Of a DNA stretch of 24,977 nucleotides, positions 17,322-23,866 are shown piece by piece. Both the position numbers and the translations under genes were made by a program. Position 1 is the stretch's first letter; every line of letters begins with the position of its first letter. The notes under the pieces were generated by a model, which was not told where the DNA came from, ran no database searches, and saw only the letters and a list, made by a program, of their open reading frames with translations. Origin of the DNA: a virus (Duplodnaviria > Caudoviricetes). The stretch spans positions 1 through 24,977 of IMG/VR virus record IMGVR_UViG_3300008448_000588, one strand, 5' to 3'.

Positions 17322-18017
17322 TTATTTTAATTTACAATAAGTGAATGGAAATCTGTACTGATGGTTATGACCATCAACATAGACTTGTTGATATCCTCTA
17401 TTGAGGAATGTGTTGTGTATTGGTCCATTGAGATATCTCTCTCTGTGCTCTCCGACACAAGTATAATCCCATCCATCAATGGTCTCTCCTTTTTGGTATG
17501 TTGGTGTGATGATTACATTCTCAGCAAAACTTTCAACCCATTGAAGGAATTTGTTGATATCAATCTTGTTGTTGGTCCACTCATCAGAATTGATGGAGCC
17601 TTTTGCCACAACATAATCAACAGCATCAACTGATGGCCTTTGTGTTCGATAGTCGTTGTAATATCCCTTAAAACCAAGGAGCTCACAGAATCTGAATATC
17701 ACTGGATCATTGTCAATGAACAAGCATTGAGATGCACCAAGATCTTTTGCAACAATCAAACTCTCAGCACTTCCTGGTCCAAGGTCCAGAACTTTCTTTC
17801 CTTTGAGATCTAAGTCAAGAAATTTGTAAATGCTTGACCATATTTCTCTGTGATGTGCTGCTCCTCTGTAATCTTGGATATTATCAACTTGATCATGAAT
17901 GTATGACCATAGTGATGTGAGATTCTGATAATGTCCTGGAGTCTCTTGAATCCATGATACAAGCTCATCCATGCTCATATCTTTACAATGCTCTCTGAGC
18001 TGTGTGTAGTTTGTCAT
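17322..18017 (-). CDS. Class I SAM-dependent methyltransferase (substrate unknown)
   Basis: Motif I KVLDLGPGS, post-I LFID and VDYVV. No DPPY/NPPY or PC DNA-methyltransferase motif. Confidence 0.7.
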   Translation of the reverse strand: MTNYTQLREHCKDMSMDELVSWIQETPGHYQNLTSLWSYIHDQVDNIQDYRGAAHHREIWSSIYKFLDLDLKGKKVLDLGPGSAESLIVAKDLGASQCLFIDNDPVIFRFCELLGFKGYYNDYRTQRPSVDAVDYVVAKGSINSDEWTNNKIDINKFLQWVESFAENVIITPTYQKGETIDGWDYTCVGEHRERYLNGPIHNTFLNRGYQQVYVDGHNHQYRFPFTYCKLK

Positions 18018-18656
18018 TTATTTATTATTTAATTGTTGCATATATTGTGAATAAAACTCTGATGCATCTCTCAATCTGGAGAGCATCAACTCCTCCTTCA
18101 TCTCATCTCTCTCATATTGTACCACAGTGATTCTCTTGGTTGGATCAATATGAGATACCTTGTGAATATCTCTATTGTCCCAGTCACTCAAGAGCTCATC
18201 ATCTGTGTCAATCATGCAAAAGATCACAAATGCTCTTGGCTTGTTGAACAGGTGCATATATCCTCTCACTTGCCATTCATAGGAATCAGCATCCTCTGGC
18301 AAGGCTGGAAAGGTCTCAAGGCTCCAGGATGTTTTGATGTCAATGATGGAATCATCAGTGATGATATCTGGATGTCCTGAGAGATATCCTTGATTCTCTC
18401 TCAATTGATTCTTGACAAAGTTGCTACCAAACCAAACTGAATTGACCAGAGCAATGGATTCCATTTCATACTCTGTGCCCTTTCTCATTTGCTTGGTCTC
18501 AACCTTGCTGGTATATCCATAGAAATTCTCTTTTGCCAATTGCTTGATGTAGCTCTTGGCTGTCTCTGATAAACTCTTGGCTGTCTCTGATAAACTCTCA
18601 GACTTTTTCCTTGGATTAGTCATGAGCTTTGGTAATGATGAACATCTAAATATCAT
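18018..18656 (-). CDS. YqaJ / lambda-exonuclease-family nuclease
   Basis: FRCSSL, MRKGTEYE, LSGHPDII...IIDIKTS and YEWQVRGYM. Confidence 0.85.
   Translation of the reverse strand: MIFRCSSLPKLMTNPRKKSESLSETAKSLSETAKSYIKQLAKENFYGYTSKVETKQMRKGTEYEMESIALVNSVWFGSNFVKNQLRENQGYLSGHPDIITDDSIIDIKTSWSLETFPALPEDADSYEWQVRGYMHLFNKPRAFVIFCMIDTDDELLSDWDNRDIHKVSHIDPTKRITVVQYERDEMKEELMLSRLRDASEFYSQYMQQLNNK
18553..18598. repeat. Exact 21-bp in-frame tandem duplication (SLSETAK x2)
   Basis: CTCTTGGCTGTCTCTGATAAA at 18553-18573 and 18574-18594. Confidence 0.95.
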
Positions 18657-19219
18657 AACTGTGCCTCCTGTTCTGGTGTTAGTTTGTACGTTTCTTTCAA
18701 TGACTCAACAGTGTATGTGCCTTTTTTAATGGCAGCAAGAGCACTTGAGAATCTCTCATCAGTTATTGATGGCAGCTCTTTCTTGCTATTTGACACCTCT
18801 TTGCCATCATCATCCACAGCTTGCAATGCCAGGATTGCCTGTAATGTTGCCCTCCGATAGTAAGTTGTTGCACTGATCATCTTTTGTGGATCTGTAATCA
18901 ATGGCAATGACAACCATGATTCAATCATCTGACCAGAATCAATGTCAATAATCTGAGTCACAAGCACTGTGTCATGGATTGGTTGCAATAACAACAGGCC
19001 ATTCTCATGCAAGATTGGCTCAACAGTCTCCAGGAGAGCATTGATATCTGCATATGATTTCTTGAAATGTGGATTCGTTGCATTCTTAACAACCTTTCCA
19101 ATGCTCAGCTTTGCTCTGTGGAGCTTGCTGTACAAACTGATTCCAGTAACTGGATCAGCTTTCTTTGCCCTCAACTTCTCTGATGTTGATGGGATGTCAA
19201 AATTTAATTGATTTTCCAT
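18653..19219 (-). CDS. ERF-family single-strand annealing recombinase
   Basis: KNATNPHFKKSYADI, DPQKMISATTYYRRATLQAILAL..DDDG. Confidence 0.88.
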   Translation of the reverse strand: MENQLNFDIPSTSEKLRAKKADPVTGISLYSKLHRAKLSIGKVVKNATNPHFKKSYADINALLETVEPILHENGLLLLQPIHDTVLVTQIIDIDSGQMIESWLSLPLITDPQKMISATTYYRRATLQAILALQAVDDDGKEVSNSKKELPSITDERFSSALAAIKKGTYTVESLKETYKLTPEQEAQL

Positions 19220-19237
19220 ATATGATGTTATTAATTT

Positions 19238-19705
19238 TTACAAATGTAATGAAAAACTTTCATACCAAAGTACAAAAGAGTCAAAATCTTTTGCAATGTA
19301 ATATGTTCCTCCAGCTCTCTCAACATCTTGTTGATATGCTTTCTGAGCATCTGATTGCCTGTCTGAGCCATATTTCACCTCAATCTTAACTGATCGGCCT
19401 CTGATGGTTGCTGAGATATCAGCTGTGCCCTTGGTGCCTGTTCCTGGAGTCCACTTGCCAGGGAGTTGCTTGAATGTATCACCAACTTGTATCTTGTTGC
19501 CAGCTCTGTATTGCCCTTGATTGGAGATTCTCTCAGCTTGTCCTGACATTGCCTTGATCCAAAAGATAATGCACTTGGTCAGGTTGTTGGCTGAATTATC
19601 TTTCCAGTCAGTCAATGGAATCATCTCCTCTCTCATGGATGGATATCTCTCTTTCAGTTGCTCAAGCTCAAGGGCCTTGAGTTTATCTCTGTTGGCTTTG
19701 TTCAT
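19238..19705 (-). CDS. VRR-NUC-like PD-(D/E)XK nuclease (possible Holliday junction resolvase)
   Basis: KGTADI...IEVKYGSDRQSDAQKAYQ...AGGTY. The start is probably MNKANRD at 19705. Confidence 0.75.
   Translation of the reverse strand: MNKANRDKLKALELEQLKERYPSMREEMIPLTDWKDNSANNLTKCIIFWIKAMSGQAERISNQGQYRAGNKIQVGDTFKQLPGKWTPGTGTKGTADISATIRGRSVKIEVKYGSDRQSDAQKAYQQDVERAGGTYYIAKDFDSFVLWYESFSLHL
19241..19269 (-). promoter_or_regulatory. Bacteroidota-type promoter TTTG-N17-TACATTTG upstream of ERF
   Basis: -7 box at 19241-19248 and TTTG at 19266-19269. Confidence 0.5.
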
Positions 19706-19883
19706 AATCAGTGAATTTATTGAATTCATCCTCTGTCACTCTCTTGACATCAAATTGATTTGCATTTGTTGTGCAATTAGCTACAAAGTAGTGACCTTCC
19801 TCTTTTAGCTTATCCATAATATCAAAGAGAATTGTCTCATGCATATCCTCTCCGACCTCAATAATAAAGTATTTTTTTTCCAT
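19683..19883 (-). CDS. Hypothetical protein
   Basis: 66 aa ORF whose ATG is supplied by the 23-bp junction repeat. Confidence 0.65.
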   Translation of the reverse strand: MEKKYFIIEVGEDMHETILFDIMDKLKEEGHYFVANCTTNANQFDVKRVTEDEFNKFTDYEQSQQR

Positions 19884-19903
19884 CTTATTCTGATTTAAAG
19901 GTT
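19881..19903 (-). repeat. Gene-junction repeat copy 1 (AACCTTTAAATCAGAATAAGATG)
   Basis: Identical to 20064-20086. Confidence 0.9.
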
Positions 19904-19914
19904 AATAAAAAAAA

Positions 19915-20059
19915 TAGTCAGGACAGGATTCGAACCTGTATGCGCCCTCGTATCGGAACCTTTTAATTGTTTTTTGAGTGCGCTATCCGCAATCGAAATG
20001 TTTACGCCCTTACGGGTCTACTCATTCCTACTCAGCGTCTACCATTCCGCCACCTGACT
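19915..20059 (-). ncRNA. tRNA-like RNA with a greatly expanded anticodon/variable region, no assignable anticodon
   Basis: Acceptor stem AGTCAGG/CCTGACT-A, Leu-type D-arm GCGGAATGGTAGACGC, T-arm ACAGG-TTCGAAT-CCTGT, with ~95 nt between the D- and T-arms. No encoded CCA. Confidence 0.75.
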
Positions 20060-20063
20060 ATTT

Positions 20064-20086
20064 CATCTTATTCTGATTTAAAGGTT
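20064..20086 (-). repeat. Gene-junction repeat copy 2
   Basis: CATCTTATTCTGATTTAAAGGTT on the plus strand, directly upstream of the tRNA-like gene. Confidence 0.9.
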
Positions 20087-20197
20087 TTTATTTCTTTTTT
20101 TAAATAATTGGTAATACCAATAGTGAATTGCTATACAAAATCCTGAAACACTAATTGCTCCATAAACAATACAAAATCCAATATCTTCACTGCTCAT
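20078..20197 (-). CDS. 39-aa single-pass membrane peptide
   Basis: Hand-translated MSSEDIGFCIVYGAISVSGFCIAIHYWYYQLFKKRNKNL*. Starts in repeat copy 3 and stops in repeat copy 2. Confidence 0.6.
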   Translation of the reverse strand: MSSEDIGFCIVYGAISVSGFCIAIHYWYYQLFKKRNKNL

Positions 20198-20217
20198 TCT
20201 ATTCTGATTTAAAGGTT
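20195..20217 (-). repeat. Gene-junction repeat copy 3
   Basis: CATTCTATTCTGATTTAAAGGTT (21/23 identical), followed by AATAA as in copy 1. Confidence 0.9.
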
Positions 20218-20241
20218 AATAACTTCCGCAATTAAAACTGC

Positions 20242-20292
20242 GGATAACAGTCAGCAAGTGAAATTAAAACTTCACCTGCTTTGGTGTTAGCG
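20242..20292. mobile_element. attC-like site 1 (short, 51 bp)
   Basis: GGATAAC...AGCAAGTGAA/TTCACCTGCT...GTTAGCG. Confidence 0.6.
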
Positions 20293-20293
20293 G

Positions 20294-20524
20294 TCATTGC
20301 TTAGACCGATACGCATACCAATCAACACCACTACCATCTTCATACATTTTTGCACCAAGCAATTCGCCAAGCCTTAATGAAGCCTTTTCGTGTGGTTCAA
20401 TATCTTGGCAACAGCTACATCCTTCACTTGCGTAATAATCTGCAAAGGCTTGTCTAATTTCTTCCAGCAACGAACCGCTAACAAGTGGTTGTTGCAATGG
20501 CTGGTTTTGTTCTTCGTTTGGCAT
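20294..20524 (-). CDS. Cassette gene B, hypothetical protein (GCSCC motif)
   Basis: 76 aa. The ATG lies inside attC-like site 2 and the stop abuts site 1. Confidence 0.7.
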   Translation of the reverse strand: MPNEEQNQPLQQPLVSGSLLEEIRQAFADYYASEGCSCCQDIEPHEKASLRLGELLGAKMYEDGSGVDWYAYRSKQ

Positions 20525-20608
20525 TTTATTGTTATTTAAAAGTTAGTAATTCTATTTCAGTTTTGTGGTGAATTGTCGCCACTGACAACAACCGCCGATA
20601 CGTTAGGT
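20476..20608. mobile_element. attC-like site 2 (133 bp)
   Basis: CGCTAAC...GGTTGTTGCAATGGC (20487-20501) / GCCACTGACAACAACC (20578-20593, one extra base)...GTTAGGT. Confidence 0.75.
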
Positions 20609-20614
20609 GCAATA

Positions 20615-21025
20615 CTACTCATCGTAATAATTTGAAGGTTCTCGTTTCTTAATGAAATCTTTGCACCAAGTAACTATGTGGTTATTATATAACTCCGACA
20701 TTTCAGAAATTTCTTCTCCCCAATATTCTTCATCAGTAAAATACAATCGACCTTCCCAAACACCTCGCCAGCAAAATGAACCTTCAAATTTCTTCAAGCA
20801 TTTACCTTCTTCAAATATCTCTCTATCATCGGGCTCATTCTCTTTGTCTATGTAGCTAAATCCTTTTTTGCCAGTTGGTAAATGCTCCCAATCCTGCACA
20901 GGATATACTTCAAATTCTAAAGTGTGTGCATCTGTTTTGAAGTGAACCATATAGTCCATCATTCTAACCCGTACTGCACCTAACACTACATTGGCGTTAT
21001 TGCCTTTTTGTTTTTCGTTTGACAT
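20615..21025 (-). CDS. Cassette gene A, hypothetical protein
   Basis: 136 aa. The ATG lies inside attC-like site 3 and the stop abuts site 2. Confidence 0.75.
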   Translation of the reverse strand: MSNEKQKGNNANVVLGAVRVRMMDYMVHFKTDAHTLEFEVYPVQDWEHLPTGKKGFSYIDKENEPDDREIFEEGKCLKKFEGSFCWRGVWEGRLYFTDEEYWGEEISEMSELYNNHIVTWCKDFIKKREPSNYYDE

Positions 21026-21104
21026 TTTATTTATAATTTAAACATTTGTAATTCTAATCAAACTTTGTGCATCGGCAACAAACGCCAATGCTTTTCCGTT
21101 ACTC
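20978..21104. mobile_element. attC-like site 3 (127 bp)
   Basis: ACCTAAC...CATTGGCGTTATTGCC (20989-21004) / GGCAACAAACGCCAATG (21074-21090, one extra base)...GTTACTC. Confidence 0.75.
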
Positions 21105-21117
21105 TGATTTAAAGGTT
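21099..21117 (-). repeat. Gene-junction repeat copy 4 (truncated by attC-like site 3)
   Basis: TTACTCTGATTTAAAGGTT, encoding the TFKSE* end of the 67-aa gene. Confidence 0.85.
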
Positions 21118-21302
21118 TCGTTGTAGTATGTGTTAGGAATTAAATTATTTGGCACATCAATTCCATAAGCAGCACCATATACATACGCATTTTCTATCTG
21201 CTCCTTCTCCATTACTTTGGCTTGTTCAATAATATTCATTTCTTGTTCAGTTGCAAATATTTCTAATTTATCAACCAACCATTCTACTGCTGTCTGTTTC
21301 AT
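21099..21302 (-). CDS. Small hypothetical protein (MKQTAVEWL...EQAKxMEKEQI...YYNETFKSE type)
   Basis: 67 aa, ATGA-coupled to the primase stop. Confidence 0.75.
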   Translation of the reverse strand: MKQTAVEWLVDKLEIFATEQEMNIIEQAKVMEKEQIENAYVYGAAYGIDVPNNLIPNTYYNETFKSE

Positions 21303-23527
21303 TTTTTCTCTATTTTAGTTATCCAATTTATCACTGTCCTTCTGCTCACCTGGAGAATCTCTGATGCTGTTGTTCTGTTCAGTTCAGGATCTGATTGATA
21401 CATTGCCAGGAATTGCTCATATTTATTTGTGCCATGACTTGCCAATTTCCTTAGATCTGCCTTCTCTTGAGCATCTTGCTTGACAAGTTTACTCATATTG
21501 ACAAAGTAATCACTTAGCCTCTCAGCTCTCAATATCGCCTCCTCACATATTGACAAGGCATCTGATCCATCCTCTGAGCTTATAAGAATATTCAATATCA
21601 TTGCGAATCTTGGAATGTAGCTCTTTTGTTTTGGCAACATTGATTTCATATATTCATTTTCATCATCTGAATTCTGCATCTCAGATATCTTGTCATGTAT
21701 TCTGATCCATTGCTCATTGGCCTCATGAGAGAATCTTGTGACATGAGGAATGATCTCACCTTTCTCATCAGTTCTAAAAAAGTTCTTGGCAATTGATTCC
21801 TTGAGTCTGATCATAAAATTCTCATACCATGACATCAATTCATAATCAAGAACATTGGTGTTATATTTCTCAACAGATAGCTCTGGATAGCTTATCAGCA
21901 TCCTGTCAATGAATCCATTCTCCTTGTTCACTCCTGTTGCAAATTGCTCAAAGATATCTGGTTGAATACCTCCAATGACAGGAATGAATGGCTTGTCAAC
22001 AAATGCACTCTTGGATGTTTTTCTGTTCAGAGATATGCTCTGACCATTCCAGGATGACAACCAGAATTCAAGATCTGATCCAGCTCTGTACTTGTTCATG
22101 TCTTTAAACCATCCAGCAAGCTCATCCTTGAATACTCCAATGCAATTTGGATTGGTTTCATGCAAGTCAATCAATGCCTCCAGTGTGATATCACCAACAA
22201 TGAACTGTTCTGATCTTGGCTTTTTTATCTCCTCAGCATATTTCTTGGCATCCTTATCAAGCCTGTCATACTCAACATATTTGGCATATTCTTTCTGAAA
22301 TTCCTTTTGCTTTCTTATATTCAATTTCTGCAATGGAAAGATAATCTGATTTAAGCTTGGTGTCTTACCGATTCCTGGCTTTCCGACAACAGCAAGCCAC
22401 AATGTTGCTGTCTCTCTCCATCCTGGTTTGATTTCAACAATGAATGAGTTACCAATACAAACTGACATGGACCAAAGGAATGCACAGCCCATGTAATCAA
22501 TGGAGAGTCCAAGAGTCTGAGAGCTTTGGATTATGTATTGCTGGATCTCCTCGCTAAAAATATCAATAGGAAATTGCACTCTTTGAACATTAGTCTTGAG
22601 CTCAATAGGTTGTATCTTAATTTTTTTCTCTTTCCTGGCTCCATATCCTTGAGCATATATCTCTCTTGCTGATGCTGTGAAATCACCGTTATGACATTTA
22701 AATGTGTATGCCTTGAATGGTGTGATCAACTGCTCATGAGGATATATTGTGCCTGTTGAGAATAGATACATGCATCCAGTGTTCCTGTAAATATATCCAG
22801 AATGAGGAGATGTTCCTCCATTTCTCTTGATGATATCTTTGTCATGAGTCTTTGAGACAATTGTGAAATCATCAGAGATGATATCCCATATTGACACCCT
22901 CTCATTGTAATCTTGCCAAGGTGTTAATGTGCTTTCATATTGCTCAGTTACTTCCTCTTTCACCTCTTCATCACCAGTCCAGTTGTACATCTTGCAAATT
23001 GTCCAGAGTATTTCTCTGTCCTTGTCTGAGATATGCTTGACATCCAAGTATGTGAGCTCTGTGATGTTGTTAGTGTACACAACACAATATCCTCCCTTTC
23101 CTCTTGATTCAATCACAGCCTCTGAATGGTCCTTGAGTCTTGCAATCTTGGTGTTGCCTTGCACATTCTTGGTCTTGTATAGGATATGATATCCCTGATT
23201 GATTGTCTTGTAAATTGTGAACTTGAGATCAAAGTCATCAATGTTGTCTTTGAGTAACTGGAGGAATTCATTCCAGAAATCATTCTGCTCTTTGAGAGTT
23301 GCGAATACTTTGAGATCCACATCAATGACCTCAATCTCATTGTATCCAGTCAGAAAGCCAACATAATTAGCCTTGTCAGAATAGTATTTCTGTTCAAATT
23401 GTTCCTTGGTGAATGCCTTTTCTTGACATTCTTTCCAGGATCCAATTGGTCTTTTTAGATCATCAGAGACAATGAGAGAATATCCAATGTCAATAAGTTT
23501 CTTGGCATGTGTTAATGGTATTAGCAT
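21299..23527 (-). CDS. Bifunctional primase-polymerase (Prim-Pol) fused to a DUF3987-type helicase-like domain and a C-terminal HTH
   Basis: IEVIDVD, GYHILY and IESRGKGGY (AEP Prim-Pol); VGKPGIGKT, FKDELAGW, IGGIQP and NGFIDR (DUF3987); NRTTASEILQVSRRTVINWI (HTH). Confidence 0.85.
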   Translation of the reverse strand: MLIPLTHAKKLIDIGYSLIVSDDLKRPIGSWKECQEKAFTKEQFEQKYYSDKANYVGFLTGYNEIEVIDVDLKVFATLKEQNDFWNEFLQLLKDNIDDFDLKFTIYKTINQGYHILYKTKNVQGNTKIARLKDHSEAVIESRGKGGYCVVYTNNITELTYLDVKHISDKDREILWTICKMYNWTGDEEVKEEVTEQYESTLTPWQDYNERVSIWDIISDDFTIVSKTHDKDIIKRNGGTSPHSGYIYRNTGCMYLFSTGTIYPHEQLITPFKAYTFKCHNGDFTASAREIYAQGYGARKEKKIKIQPIELKTNVQRVQFPIDIFSEEIQQYIIQSSQTLGLSIDYMGCAFLWSMSVCIGNSFIVEIKPGWRETATLWLAVVGKPGIGKTPSLNQIIFPLQKLNIRKQKEFQKEYAKYVEYDRLDKDAKKYAEEIKKPRSEQFIVGDITLEALIDLHETNPNCIGVFKDELAGWFKDMNKYRAGSDLEFWLSSWNGQSISLNRKTSKSAFVDKPFIPVIGGIQPDIFEQFATGVNKENGFIDRMLISYPELSVEKYNTNVLDYELMSWYENFMIRLKESIAKNFFRTDEKGEIIPHVTRFSHEANEQWIRIHDKISEMQNSDDENEYMKSMLPKQKSYIPRFAMILNILISSEDGSDALSICEEAILRAERLSDYFVNMSKLVKQDAQEKADLRKLASHGTNKYEQFLAMYQSDPELNRTTASEILQVSRRTVINWITKIEKK

Positions 23528-23544
23528 GGTTTATCAAATAGGAA

Positions 23545-23637
23545 TGCCCCACCATATCCAGGTGCCACCACAGCTGATCCTTCAATGACAGGGCAAAAAA
23601 TATCTTGATTAATTTGTGGTGGCATGTTGCAAATATA
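23545..23637 (-). promoter_or_regulatory. Primase promoter (-7 TATATTTG, 23630-23637) and structured 5' leader
   Basis: TAnnTTTG box followed by two interleaved 10-11 bp complementary pairs. Confidence 0.55.
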
Positions 23638-23683
23638 ACAATAATTTGATTCTTGATTCATTTTTTTTATTTTTCTAGTTTAC

Positions 23684-23866
23684 TGTGAAATTCACACTAA
23701 ATTTCACACCTAATTTCACACCTAATTTCACACCTATTTTCTAATGTTTATAAGGCTTTCAGAGCCTTAGTGTGAAAATTTCACACCTGGAGAAAAAAAT
23801 AGTTTTTTTAATGTCTTTTAATTTTCTATTTTATCAGGTGTGAAATCCCTTTCACAGTTCACACCT
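23684..23866. repeat. Iteron-like cluster, probable replication origin
   Basis: AATTTCACACCT x3 in tandem (23700-23735), plus direct and inverted TTCACAC/GTGTGAA copies at 23684-23697, 23770-23788, 23836-23846 and 23850-23866, flanked by AT-rich tracts next to the primase gene. Confidence 0.75.

Noticed and set aside
19915-20059. Standard tRNA-Leu, tmRNA or group I intron-containing tRNA
   Set aside because: There is no 7-nt anticodon loop and no G3:U70 pair or tag ORF, and the insert is far too short for a group I intron.
19881-21117. CRISPR array interpretation of the 23-bp repeats
   Set aside because: Spacings are 183, 131 and ~900 bp and contain whole genes. There are no uniform 30-40 bp spacers and no cas genes.
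21099-21302. 67-aa gene as a third complete cassette
   Set aside because: No upstream box complementary to its GAGTAAC end was found near its start. It is ATGA-coupled to the primase and looks like the landing site rather than a cassette.
2571-23189. Numerous short plus-strand and alternate-frame ORFs in the track
   Set aside because: They are shadows of long minus-strand genes, with no motifs or start contexts. TA depletion reduces stop codons and inflates such ORFs.
23684-23856. CRP/FNR-type sites (TGTGA...TCACA)
   Set aside because: Half-site spacings are 3, 5 and 8 nt, not 6. The tandem 12-mers fit iterons better.
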